The notes under the pieces: model-generated | Database searches by the model: none | What the model was told of the DNA's origin: nothing | What the model saw: the letters and a program-made list of their open reading frames with translations, nothing else | In this document: positions 13,301 through 26,800 of the stretch, piece by piece | How positions within the stretch are numbered: the first letter of the stretch is position 1 | Layout of the letters: every line of letters begins with the position of its first letter | Made by a program: the position numbers and the translations under genes | NCBI RefSeq assembly: GCF_964355755.1 | Contig: NC_092677.1 | Coordinates: forward strand, 8,516,101-8,580,100 | Source: Antedon mediterranea | Lineage: Eukaryota > Animalia > Echinodermata | DNA: 64,000 nt | Reading direction: 5' to 3'

Positions 13301-15934
13301 CTCGCTAAATCCAGTATTATTGACAGAAATTTAGATATTCTGTCATTTTTAACATTCTTTTTACACAAATACAGCAGAAAAAGAGGTAGAAAATAATGAA
13401 AAAACAGAAGTAGAGCAGGAGACACCAACAATTGATGAAAAATCAGCAGAAGGTAGACATGTGCAGTGTACCCACTAACTTTGTCTTGGTGTCAAATTTT
13501 CATTTCATTTTAGCCACAATTACCATATTTATTTGAATACACTCCCTCTCCCACCCACTTCCTTTAAATAAATACCTCCCTGCCACATTCATAATATAAT
13601 TTGTACTGTATATTACAGTACATTTCAATTTGTAGTAGAATTTATTGATGCATATTTGTTTAACACATATTTTATCTCAATTTAAAAAGTGAACTGATTT
13701 ATTAAATTTGTTTCAATTTTTCATATCAAGAGGCCCTTTTTTTAGTTTACTCTATGTTAACATTTACACTAAATTAAATGCCTCCCATGAATAAGTTGAT
13801 GTTTATTTATTATTATTATTATATTTTTTCTTTTTTTTCTTCTTCGGAGATCCCGCCTCGTGAATAAAAATACTGTAAGATGAGGGCGTATCAATTTGAT
13901 CTCTGGTGCGCGTGCGTACAACTGAAGACTAGTGCTGTTCCGCCGTACCACTCCGAGAATGTTAAAGAGTCGCTATCCAATTCGAGTTCGAACAATACCA
14001 TGAAAGCCCCAGTGGTCTAATGGTTTAGGACATCTGCATATCAAGCAGGCGGTCCGAGTTCGAGTCTCGGTTGGGGCGACTTTTTCTCATTCTCACAGAT
14101 TTCCTCATCTTTATCGTTTCAAATTTATTATTATATTATTATCTTTATTTCCTGGCAATAATAGTGAATGAAATTAGGAGACCACAGGGTGTCTATTCAA
14201 ATAAATACAGTAAATAGTGTTATGGAAGTGTGTGGTGTTGGTTATAATATCATCAAATCTTTTTCCTTAACATTCTTCCATGCTGTTTCCATAACTGACT
14301 TGTCATTTAGCACTTATAACAGTTCATGGTATTATGTGACATCTATTAACTTCATTTCATAAAATACCACGTGACTAATTCTTCCATTTTGTATCCAAAA
14401 CTAATGTTTTATTGTGAATCATGGCTACTGGTTATTATAAAATTCAATTTAGTGACGAAAACAGTAAATATTATGTATGTTGAAAATAAGGAATATGAAT
14501 AAGCTGTTTTTTTTAAATTTGGCCCTACTTAAATTAATTATAATAATGTTACTAAAATAGGATTATAATTTCACCAAAGTGCCCGGGGCACATCCTCTTT
14601 CGTCTGTCTATCTCATCTCTGTATATATTATATAGTACATTAACCCATAGATTTTTGTAATAAGTAGAATATCTTCTGATTTCTGAGGTTGTTGATTGTT
14701 TTTTACTTATGAATCTTTCTTAATTATGCTAATGTGTGTGACTCAATGTAGTTCATATTTTGAACCTATTCATTATTTGCGATCTTTAGCATGAGAAGGG
14801 TAGGTGAGGCTGGAGGTATGAACTATATGGCCTCTTAAATTTCACCGAAGCAATACAATCTATTTAATTTCAGCTTTTCAATTGTACTATTTTTAAGTCC
14901 CCCCCCCCCCACTCCTCCTCTGCAATTTCCAGATCTATCTCGTCTATATAAAGTATAAAGTATATATATATAAATAATATTTAAAGGCAAATATATCATA
15001 AATGCAACTATATCACAATCTATTAAATTGTATAACTAACAAAATCTTCTGAAAAAAACCAATAATGTTTTAGTTTATCGTTAATGCGTTGTGTAGTTTT
15101 GAAATAAAAATTACAGTAACTGTAGGTAGGTATGATGTAAAAAGGGAATTTGTAACAACACTATTAGTTAATATTGGATAATAAAATTGTCATTATCTAC
15201 AGTATAATGCTCTATATACACTGACGAAATCATTAAAGCTTTTGTATAATATAATATTCAAAAGGTGCAGAATTTCGAATAAGTAATTGGAAATTGTATA
15301 ATGATGTTAAAAAGCACCAGATGAGTTCATTGTATTTCTAAAAATAGAACACACTATTTGAGTATTCCTTTAATGATGGGCAACTTGCACATTGTGCAAA
15401 GGAAATGTATCACATGGTCTAGTACCAAAAGATGAGCCTACTAGATAGCCAACTCCATTCTTTTATGGTAGGTAGGCCTAAGTAAGGCCTACGGAACTTC
15501 ATGAAAACCTAACGTGTAGGCCAATACCAATAGTTTTGATATAATAGTATAATTAGACGTCTTTGAACGTTAAACAGACCCCTAACAATTTAATGCTTCA
15601 GATTTTTTGAGGATTCAGTGAAAAAAGAAATTACAATTAAAAACCAGACCGAGGCAGAGACAGAATTAGTTAGGACATTTCAACAAAACATAAAACATAA
15701 CAAAAGTTGTTGCTCATCAGAAAGTTAATTAAAATATTAAATGCAACAACAAAAATTGAAAATGCGCTAAATAAAAACAAAATCTGTTTCTTGTGTTTAG
15801 GTATTGAAGCTCAAGGTGAAACCGCTGAAAATAATGGGCAAATGGAAACCGAGGACGCGCAAGAAGGCGGTGACCAGGACGCGCAGGAAGAACCATCGCC
15901 GCCGTCTCCAGTCGCAGAAGAAGACGCAGAATGA
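10334..15934 (+). CDS. RSPH1: Radial spoke head 1 homolog (MORN-repeat protein), about 315 aa
   Basis: Coding exons 10334-10387, 11006-11119, 11339-11444, 11667-11893, 12350-12421, 12717-12879, 13375-13452, 15801-15934, with GT-AG introns and consistent phases. [40 protein letters not shown], tandem MORN repeats, [13 protein letters not shown], acidic tail. Confidence 0.93.
14006..14078 (+). ncRNA. tRNA-like cloverleaf with ATC anticodon in RSPH1 intron 7 (SINE head or atypical tRNA)
   Basis: Acceptor GCCCCAG/TTGGGGC, D arm GTC..GAC, anticodon arm TCTGC-ATATCAA-GCAGG, T arm CCGAG-TTCGAGT-CTCGG, A and B boxes, TTTTT at 14081. Confidence 0.7.
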
Positions 15935-17223
15935 ACGCTCACATATCCACTCGTCTCATCCAAACTTGTTGGAACTCTACCAAACTTTTTTATAAAGAAA
16001 ATAACAATTTCTGTACATTTCCACTTTATGAGTCATTATTTTATCATCATTTGATGAACAATCTATTTCTTTTATTGTAATCGATTTTATATAATTAAAA
16101 ATATGTGAGAAAAATACTTTTCACTTAGTTTTAATTCGGAATCTTGTCACCGTGACAAAGAAAAAAATAACAGATTGTAAAACAACAATAAATGTGTCCA
16201 TGTACTACTACTAGAATGTTTAAACGCATAGGCCTACTCATGTTTCAGGAGCCTGTATCAATTATACAAAATGAATGTTGTGTTCCTCTTCGTTAAAAAT
16301 TGCCCAGTGGCTTTTTGACCTTGAATCACACGTTTTTCAATGCTGTACCTCCACAATATGATTAATTGGCCAGTATAACATGCAAATTCCGTATTACAAC
16401 ATCTTACGTGTTTCATAAGTGATGTTTTTTATGTGATGACGTCACTGATCTGGTCAAATTTAGATAACAGTACCGAGAATCGACTAATTAAAGCATAGAA
16501 ATCGCTTTATTCATCCATAAATTTGAAAATTACAGTGTTCTTAGCTTTCTCTTTCAAAAAATATAAAAACAGAATTAAATAAAGACAAAAGAATATAACT
16601 AACGAACATATCTTCTATTAAAGCAGCCTGGTTTTTCCTGACATTTTATCTTTTCACACTACTTATTCAGCCAGAACACCAGTAGGCTACAACATTTTCA
16701 ACGTAAATAAACCAAAATTATAAATCTAAAAAATAAAGTTTACAAAGTCGTGAGAATGTAAATAAAAAATAACAATCTGTTAATAATAATATTGCATTGG
16801 CATCACATTCATTTCAGTTCTCCCAAGTTTTAAAAAAAAAAACAGTATTAGGCCTAATGTAAATGTGTAAACTTAATGTAACTTTCCTGGCAGAAATTAC
16901 AATAGAACACATACGTACTTCAAAATTAAAATTTACTGAATTTAGTGAAAATAACAGTCGATAATTACAATTATTTATTATTATGGTCATCCCATTATAT
17001 TTCCCTCGTTAAATTATCCCTCTCAAAATCCAATTAACGAATGATATCTAATGCATCTTTTATTGGATTTAATACGTCTAAAGCGACTACAACATTGACT
17101 TTGTCTTGGGTTTTTCATGCCATAGTAACCATCAATTTACAATATTAATGTCTCTACATATAATATAATCAATCCCAAATGTACTAATCACATTGTGTTG
17201 TTTTTGTTTAGATGCATGTCTAA

Positions 17224-17575
17224 AGGCCAATTTACACACAGACGAGCTGTAACGGTAATATACAAATTATATAATCTACGTTATTCCTAACGCGGAGCGG
17301 ATGGGTGGTTTCCGCTCAGGATAGATAATATTCTATACGTGGGACAAGCTACGCGGTTTTCCGCTTAAGCGTGTTTCGCACTAGCAACGCAAGGACGTAA
17401 TGCAACGCAAGTGAATTGACCAATCACAAGCGATCGCTTATTCGCTTGTGATTTGCTAACTGTCTATAACTTCGCTTGTCATTGGTTAAAACGCTTGCGT
17501 TGCGTTTACGTCCTTGCGTTACGTTCTAGTGGGAACCAAGCTTTACCGTTACCGCTCGTCTGTGTAAAGTGGCCT
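17224..17575. mobile_element. Harbinger-like MITE (TAA TSD) containing a nested family A MITE at 17368-17542 (TTA TSD)
   Basis: Outer TIR AGGCCA(A/C)TTTACACAGACGAGC(T/G)GTAACGGTAA with TAA on both sides. Inner element has TTA on both sides. Confidence 0.85.
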
Positions 17576-17629
17576 TAACGCTATATTCACACAGACTTGT
17601 TTCGTTTTGATCGACGCCGCCGTTGTTAA

Positions 17630-17789
17630 AACTCGGTTGCCACTTAGGACGCGACACAAGAACGTAAGCGCAACGCAAATTTGACCAATCATGGCGCGAT
17701 GATAATTTTCGATTGTGATTGGTCAAAACTCACTTGCGCTGAGTGTACGCCTACGCACTTGCTTTGCGTAAGAGTCCGGAAACCAAGCT
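17630..17789. mobile_element. Diverged family A-related MITE
   Basis: TGACCAATCA...TGATTGGTCA core and GGAAACCAAGCT end. Confidence 0.65.
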
Positions 17790-18236
17790 TTGTAAATCAA
17801 TTGATGTAACGAATATGTAGCTTAGTTAAGACCACCTTTGACACCCTTTTAAAATAAGCCTATAATGAAAAGCAACAAGAAACTAAAACCAGATCGAACT
17901 TGGATTGATTTTCACACATTATTTACAGACAATATCGAAATTCTATAGCCACAGCTAGTATGAGAATGTGGTTTAATTAACAAAAATGATATTGTTCAAT
18001 TTGTTAATAACGTTTTGATTGCAATCACACTGTCGTCAGAAATATACGATTATGAGCATGCGCAGATTGACTGTCAGCTGCGAAGCGCCTCGTAAACGAG
18101 AAGGTCGCACACTCTTTATATCGAAGAAAAAAACTATTAAATAATCTCATCTGCCATTTAGTTTTTACAAATTATGAAGTAGGCCTCTTGTTTGAATATC
18201 AGAATGGACACGATTTTTAATTAAAATGATTCCTAA

Positions 18237-18392
18237 AGCGTGGTTCCCACTAGGACGCAACGCAAGCCTCCACGTAACGCAAACGAGTTGACCAATGACA
18301 AGCGACAGTTCGAATCATCGCTTGTGATTGGTCAAATCCCTTATATACGTTTCGTTACGTCAGTGTATTGCGTCTCAAGTGGGAACCACGCA
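18237..18392. mobile_element. Family A-related MITE
   Basis: AGCGTGGTTCCCACT ... AGTGGGAACCACGC TIRs with TAA/TTA flanks. Confidence 0.8.
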
Positions 18393-19610
18393 TTAGATGC
18401 CATGTTTTACAGGTATTTACAATAATAACAATTCCTAATGCACCTGTTTGTTATTTTAAAAGTTTTGAATATTAATTTGTATTATTTTACAAGTTGTATG
18501 CTTTCGAATGTATATAATATTTCAGTGTCATTATATTCCGTAATAAATTTGGTTTGTGTATATTCACAAATAATAAGTACCCTTTTATTTGTTTGGTTAT
18601 AACATACTGTTTACATTAAATATATTAATCAATTACTTATGCCTTGATAATTTGATTAAATTATGCCAATACTAATCATTTTCTTCTCATCGTGTGCAAA
18701 CATCAATCAATTAAACTGTACGTATCCTTTCTCTATTTTAAACGTATATTGGTTTTTTTTTGTCAGTGCTGTATCTCCACATATTATACTGTACCATATT
18801 TACCCAATATCAGGCAAATTCCGTAATACAACATGTGCTGCCTGTCATTGAAGTTATGTCAGGTTATTATACAGTGAAACAAATGAGATGATGTGTTAAA
18901 TGCAAAATGCTGGTTGTAAATTAATATTATTTTGTGTTTATGTCCATTAAAGAAATTCAACATTTTTGTGAAAGGCATTTTAAAAAATAGAAAATTATTT
19001 CGATTATTTATTAGAAGTACCATTACGACCTGAACATTCATTAATTTATGTTATAAAAATCACAATGAAGAAAGACAAGAGACGGTAGCTTATTTACATA
19101 AGTAGATCTATAACATCCACCATGTATAAATACAGTTGCGTGTGTTATCAAACGATTTTGTTCTGTTTCAATCAATATTTATTTTATTTGGAATCAAGTC
19201 TATTATAGGCCTTAGAATAACCATGAAGGTATTTATGCTTCCATGGAATAACATACCTGTCAAGTAAAATAAACAATTTTTGTGTACCTTATTTTTTATT
19301 AAATAAACGCTCGATCGAAAGTGCATAGCAGTGTAAAGTACACATAAGTATCGGTATCAATACAAAATGATGAGCGAACAAAACCACCAAAAGTTCCCAC
19401 AGGGACGTAGGCCAAGTACAACGCACTTTGTCCAATCACGACGCCGATGAACGGTTCAGATTAAGCGTGGTTCCCATTAGACGCAAGAAGCACAGCACAT
19501 TATACTATTCCAACTTTTGCTTGTCGTTGGTCAACAACTCGCTTCTCGCTTACGTCCCTTACGAGTCCGCGAGTGTGAACCAAGCTTTACTTTCCGTTGC
19601 GCTTACGCTC

Positions 19611-19755
19611 AATCAATCAATCAATCGTTCGATTTATATAGCGCCATTCCAACATTCATTGCTCATGGCGCTGTAAAAAAATCAGAAAGGGTGAGTTTTG
19701 AGTAGTGACTTAAAGTGACTCAATAATGATGTGTGTTTAATGTTCAAGGGTAGGT
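19611..19755 (-). mobile_element. 5'-truncated L2-like LINE 3' end
   Basis: Minus strand encodes LPLNIKHTSLLSHFKSLLKTHPF*, typical of an L2 ORF2 C-terminus, followed by a GCGCC..GGCGC stem and a (GATT)n tail. Similar tails near 5260-5320 and 30202-30268 (+). Confidence 0.75.
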
Positions 19756-19756
19756 G

Positions 19757-20181
19757 CGCTGCGTCCGACTCGTGCTTTACGTCCTTACTCTGCGTCCGAC
19801 TCGTAATTACGTCCGTACTCTGCGTCCGAGTGTGAACCAATCTTTACTTTCCGTTGCGCTTACGCTGCGTCCAACTCGTGCTGTACGTCCTTACTCTGCG
19901 TCCGACTCGTAATTACGTCCGTACTCTGCGTCCGAGTGTGAACCAATCTTTACTTCAGTTGCGCTTACGCTGCGTCCAACTCGTGCTGTACGTCCTTACT
20001 CTGCGTCCGACTCGTAATTACGTCCGTACTCTGCGTCCGAGTGTGAACCAATCTTTACTTTCCGTTGCGCTTACGCTGCGTCCAACTCGTGCTGTACGTC
20101 CTTACTCTGCGTCCGACTCGTAATTACGTCCGTACTCTGCGTCCGAGTGTGAACCAATCTTTACTTGCCGTTGCGCTTACG
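19757..20181. repeat. About 106-bp tandem repeat, 4 copies
   Basis: GTGTGAACC recurs at 19830, 19936, 20041 and 20147. Confidence 0.95.
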
Positions 20182-20823
20182 TACGTCCGTCCATGTTGCA
20201 TCCAAGGGAACCAACCTTATGGTTTGTTAACACCGTTGCTATTTGCTATCGTCATTTGATAGAAAATAACATTCGAACCCTCAAGCATAGATGCTTGAAG
20301 AAATATAACTCTGTGCAAATATTACAGATTTAATTAAATTCAATAGAACAACGTATTCAATGTACCGTTAACCCTATGTTCTCTTGTTGATATTATTCAT
20401 TTGATTAACGATAAAAACTAATTATGTTAAACAGTCTAAATTATGAAATGGTTCTTGGTAATAAGTGTGATCGATATTTCATATACAGTTCCAGGCAATA
20501 TCCGAAAATTGACAATCAGATTTACAGCAGGACTAGTTTCTAATTTCAAATGTCGGAACGTACATGGAAATAATATTAAAATAAGCGCAAAGGCTTTGTT
20601 TTTCGATAGGTGGCGTACTTTACATTCGTCACAATCTAAGCTAATTTATAATTCTAATTTAGGTCATCAAAACATACAAATAGTGTCGCGGGCTGATGAA
20701 TGCGGGTATTTTAAAGGATACGAGTAAAGGCCTCTAGTTATCGATGCTGTTGAACCACTGTTTAACTGAGTAATATAAACGCACTATTATCAGTGTATAT
20801 ATATTTATGTATAACGCTTTGCA

Positions 20824-23800
20824 ATGTTGTTTAACCGCTTGGGGCAGAATGTATTGAGTTTTATTATATTTGCAACAGTCTCACCTTTATTGGTAAAATC
20901 GGATACCGATAATCGGACCGATTTAACGGTTGGAGCATTGTATTCTTTGGGAGGAGGATGGGATGGTACGGCTGTTAAGTATTCTGTTGAGATGGCACTG
21001 GAACACATAAATGAAAATCCGAATATCCTTCCAAATTATCGTCTTAGAATAGATTGGAGAGACACTCAGGTTTGTTTTCTTGCTTTCTTTTCTATAGAAA
21101 CAATTAGTAGACCCAGGCCCTACAAAACACATTATAGTGTCTTTAACGTTAAAAATTATGAGGTCGTTCATGCTTCGTAATGTATGTTGTTTTCAGTGCA
21201 CAGTTGGCGCTACCGTTGGTAGGTTTAGGAACAAACTTAATCTTGGGTAAATAAGTAGGCCTGAACGGTGGTCTATCATCTGTGATGAAATCGTAACGGG
21301 TTTTCCGATTTGCTCGGTCATTATGATAATAGAAATGTGACAGTAGGCTTAAGCAACAAACTCGTGTGCTGTTTATTATCTCTAGGCATAATACAGTGGC
21401 ATTATGAGACCCGGGTGATCGAAGAATGGACAAATTATATAATATAATGCCAGCCATGGCCAATAGCTAGAATGAACTTGTATAAGACGGCGGTTTCGTT
21501 ACCGTGAGGTTTTCCATTAGAAAGAAATTATGGTTATTCATGCATTATGTGGAAATAACAATTCACAATAAATTTGAGACTTTACATTGCGTGTTATCGT
21601 TGCATACAACGATTTATTATTTTTTTTTTATCTTGACGTCATTTGATTGAATTTAAAAAAATATTATTTTATGAAATACAGCATAGGCCTACATGATTAT
21701 CCTATGGTTCTAGAACGAAAACTGTTCTAATTTCTTTCGTTTTATGTATGTTTAACTATTTATCGTCCATCGTTATCGCCCTAGTGTAATTGTTGGACTT
21801 TTCTCGTTCGATATTTATTGAATTTCATAACATGATTACTGCACGATGATCAATTTAAATGTTTATGTTATTGTGTCAATGCATAATTTAATTTACAAAT
21901 AATGAATGATGTAGGCCTATACTTTACATTACCATATCAATGTATTAAAATATTATTAAAGTAATATTGATCAGTACGTTTGTTTTGATATATAAGAGCA
22001 TGTACGTGAATAACTATGCACTATAATTGCATCTATCGATTTAGTTTTAAAGTTTGTTTTGTTTTTTTACGGTGATTAATGAAAAGAGTAGCCAGAACAA
22101 GCTGATGCCGTGTTTATTCGATTGCCTGTTCAAACCGTATGCCTATACTTATATCAAACGGATAGTTAATTTATGATATTGGTCAACCATTATATACATG
22201 TTGAGTAAGAGCAGTAATAAGGCCTTTGTAGATCAAGTATCCATCGATCATACCATTTGTATACTTTAAAATAATATTGTAAAAGAAATTGGTCTTCTTT
22301 AGTTCCATTTTTAAAACAAATTAAAAAAGCGAACAAACAGATATAAAAATAACAGTAATTATAGTCATCTTGTTTTTAAATTCTCAAGAATAGAAAATTA
22401 TTTGTGCTTAAAACATTTAAAATACGAAAAAAATAAATGAAACATAAAAGTTAACAATCTATTAAGTCTATAGTATTTAACAACTTACATTTCAAAAATG
22501 TAGTTGCAATTCGAGAGCCTACACACTATATTATATATACTAAGTATAGGGCTCCAGTCGATAGACAACATCCCATATTGGATGGACGTTGCTGTCAGGC
22601 GACGCGATACTGTATGCTGTTTACTGATAACTTAACCGCAAGATGGGTCGACGATCATATAAATTGCACAATGCTTGTCTCTGTAAATCATGGCTGCATA
22701 TCCACCTGTTTCAAATTTTAATCAGTGTATTTAAATTTTAATACACAAAAAGTATGTGACACTACAGTAGGCCTACAGACTGTGGCGTAACACAGAGGCA
22801 TGAGACCCATTGTTTAGGAACGCTAAGTGGCCTTCCAACGCTGTTTGCCTGTCAGTTTAGCCTGTCACTGTCCGTATTGTTACCCCGCGGGGTAAGCCCA
22901 TACTCTTACACATGCTACAATGTGTACACTGGACATGTAAGTCCTTATTGATAGGACCAGTACCAATCACACTTAAAAGTGATGTAGGCCTATATCGATC
23001 TAATAACACATTGTTTTATATTATTATATTACGTAATTGTGTTAGTGATGTGTTTGATTAAACTTGTTTGTGTAAATGTGTTTCATGTAGCTAGGCGTCT
23101 GTTTGTTTAAACATTTTTTCCAATCTATAGGAATTGTGGGCTTTTCAGCTATAGATATTTTATGTTATACTGTAGAGTCTAATTTGTTGTTTGTGATGAT
23201 AATGATTAATTTATTTGCTTTTTAGTGTAGCCTTGGACATGGACTGAAAGGCGTAATAGAACTTATTACAACAGAACCGGTCAAGACAATGTTGCTAGGG
23301 CCAGCCTGTTCATTGGTCGCCATGCGTCTGTTTGTTTAAACATTTTTTCCAATCTATAGGAATTGTGGGCTTTTCAGCTATAGATATTTTATGTTATACT
23401 GTAGAGTCTAATTTGTTGTTTGTGATGATAATGATTAATTTATTTGCTTTTTAGTGTAGCCTTGGACATGGACTGAAAGGCGTAATAGAACTTATTACAA
23501 CAGAACCGGTCAAGACAATGTTGCTAGGGCCAGCCTGTTCATTGGTCGCCATGCCAGCCGCAGCTACGCTTGAATACTGGAATTTACTACAGGTACAATT
23601 ATTTTATCTCAATTTACATGCAAGTGTTAAAAACCTTAAAAGTATCAAGCTAATCCGAATCATAGCAGCGTAACGTCCGACATATAAGTGGTCGAAAAGC
23701 TTATTATAGTTCCCACTTGGACATACACAACGCAAGTGAGAGTTGACCAACCACAAGCGACAGTTCAGATGATCCATTGCTTGGGATTGGTCAAATTACT

Positions 23801-26800
23801 TGCTTACGTTTGGTCCTTGAGTAGGAATATCAAGCTACTCCGATAGGTCTAACTATCAACTACTCCGATAGGTCTAACTACCAACTACTCCAATATAATA
23901 GGTATAACTACGAACTACTTCGATAGGTCTAACTACCAACTACTCCAATATAATAGGTATAACTACGAACTACTCCGATAGGTCTAACTACCAACTACTC
24001 CAATATAATAGGTATAACTACGAACTACTCCGATAGGTCTAACTACCAACTACTCCAATATAATAGGTCTAACTACCAACTACTCCGATAGGTCTAACTA
24101 CCAACTACTCCAATATAATAGGTATAACTACGAACTACTTCGATAGGTCTAACTACCAACTACTCCGATAGGTCTAACTACCAACTACTCCAATATAATA
24201 GGTATAACTACGAACTACTCCGATAGGTCTAACTACAAACTACTCCAATATAATAGGTATAACTACGAACTACTTCGATAGGTCTAACTACCAACTACTC
24301 CAATATAATAGGTATAACTACGAACTACTTCGATAGGTCTAACTACCAACTACTCCAATATAATAGGTATAACTACGAACTACTCCGATAGGTCTAACTA
24401 CCAACTACTCCAATATAATAGGTATAACTACGAACTACTCCGATAGGTCTAACTACCAACTACTCCGATAGGTCTAACTACCAACTACTCCGATAGACTT
24501 CAAAAGTAGTAGACCTACGATGTAATATGTTTGTATTGACTGTATGTGTTTAACTACAATATAAAACATTAACTTTCACACCTGTTCCGGCACGGTTCCG
24601 GGGTCTGGCGAATCGAACATCAATATTTCGTTTTCACGACGCTTCACACGTGGCTACTATGCGCCAATCGATATGCGCGTAGCCGCGTGAAAACGAAACA
24701 TTTTTTCGGCGCCGTGCCGGAACAGGTGTGAAAGACCCTTGAGCTAAGAGCAAATAACGATCATATGACTTGAATAAGATATTGACTATATAACTGGGAA
24801 AAAAAAGTATTAAATTAGATTAAAGATTAGATAAACTAACGGTTATATTGTTACAGTATTGTTCTGTAGGCCTACCATACAATAATAATAATACTCGTTA
24901 CACAACTATATCTATTGAATGTTTTGTTACTCTAGTAATTATTCTGGCCTAATGACAATAATAACTATAATTGACCTATTTGAGCCATTTCATCTACCTT
25001 TTAAGATCTCCAATACAGTAAAAAAAGATTGTCAAATGTACATTCATTAATAGTCCTTGTAGAAATGTTACGAGATTGCTAAAACCAAACGTAGGCCTAA
25101 GGATACGCATGTAAGTTAAGTTGCGAATGCATTGTTTAAGCATGGCATTCACCGGCGTCATAATAAGGTGGAGCAATTACCTGTACAGCCCGACGCATTA
25201 TTACTTGATGAATGAACGCAAGATAATTACTTAGGCCTAGACTTTAAATAAATGTTTAGTTAGGCCTAATTATCTTTATAAGATTAAACAGTAAATTAGT
25301 AATCTAAAGTCATCGTAATGTGACATAAATAGGTAAACAACAAAGTCTTTTTAACACATTATGGAGTATTCAGTTCAATTAATCTTTTATTGGTGTAATG
25401 CATATACAAATACAAAATAGAAACATCTTTGTTAATATATTTCAGTTTAAAATACATACAATGTTGTCCTAATGTGTCATAAAATATATAATACGTAATG
25501 CTTCCGCTAGACATAAAAATATTATCAATGTTACATTGAATACTATATGCAAAATATTGAAAATACACTAACCGGAGCCAAGTCTAATTCTTAACAGCAC
25601 CGATCCAAGCGGTTTTAGACTTTGGTGTGTGTTGGAACTTATTTCTTTATCTCTTTAAAATTCTTCTGGAAACATTTCATACTTTAATTGTTTTGCAGGT
25701 TTCTTGTTTGTTTTGGTGTCATAATTTGGTTAAGTAGCATACGTCATTATTTTGTTTCTAAAAAAACATATATTCTACCATGAACACCACAGTAAGATTC
25801 CCTAAATCCCTCTTCCTTGAGCTAAGAGAAAATAACGATCATATGACTTGAATTAGATATTGACTATAACTGAAAAAAAATAGATTATATTAAAGATTAA
25901 AGTATTATTGAGATCTGATTGGTTGTGTATTTTACTGCATAACGAAAAGTTGATGGAAATTTGCATACGCATGCGCAACCAACGCTGGAAAATACTAGAT
26001 TATATTAGATTAGTTATAAGGTTGTCCAGTGGAAATGAACATAGGCCTAAAGGGATTTGTTTTCCAATTAATTTGTAAAGATGTCAGTGATTTTCTATAT
26101 ATACATTTTTCATTTTTAAATGTTTGAAACACAAACAAATATTGATACTGAATCATAGCTTAAATTTATCATCCAACGAATGATAGACCTACATAGATTA
26201 ACTTTCATGAATGAGTGCCGTAGGAAATGGCATCATTTTTTATTTCAATATATTTGTTTGTGTCCAGGTGTCTTCAATAACGTGTATTTGAACAAAGAGG
26301 GGACACTATTAACATCACACATTGTTAATGATCTATTTTTTACTACTTCCTTCAAAGTTTTCTACTTACAATAAATTCACAATAAACAATAATGCACAGT
26401 TGTTAATGTGCAAAAGGGATTGATTAATTAATTTTAATTAATTAAAGACACAATCATTTATCAATTCCTTCTTAGCGGGCAGGTGTTTGCAACAGACATT
26501 AATAAGAAATATTAATAACATTTGAAATAATGATTTAAACCAGTAACAGAAATCAATGCTGCTTTCATTATAACTTTAGACAAATTATTTCAACAACAAC
26601 AGACATTCTACTGCTAGTTGTTCACATCTTGTGTTTGAACAAGTTCGCCGACGAAAACGCGTTTCACAAGTTGTAAACTGGTCAACACCGACTTCACAGG
26701 TTCTTTGAATGGCATAATAATGTATACTAATTAATTATGTATTCATTTCCCATTACATAATATTGTTCGCGTCATACAGGTTTAGATAATTGATTGTTTG

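Larger units (their letters stand above)
19390..20217. mobile_element. Composite of outer family A-related MITE, nested MITE (19464-19586, TTA TSD), L2 tail and derived tandem repeat
   Basis: TIR remnants GTTCCCAC (19393) and GGGAACCAAC (about 20206). Inner element TTA|AGCGTGGTTCCC...GAACCAAGCT|TTA. Confidence 0.7.

Noticed and set aside
15602-15728. Possible extra RSPH1 exon after CCTAAC...TTCAG
   Set aside because: The expected phase hits a stop after six codons, and the alternative acceptor is weak. Unsupported without RNA data.
19854-20259. Repetitive ORFs MRLRCVQLVLY...
   Set aside because: Products of the 106-bp MITE-derived tandem repeat.
23835-24495. CRISPR-like appearance of short regular repeats
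   Set aside because: No unique spacers, no cas genes and a eukaryotic intron context. It is a minisatellite.
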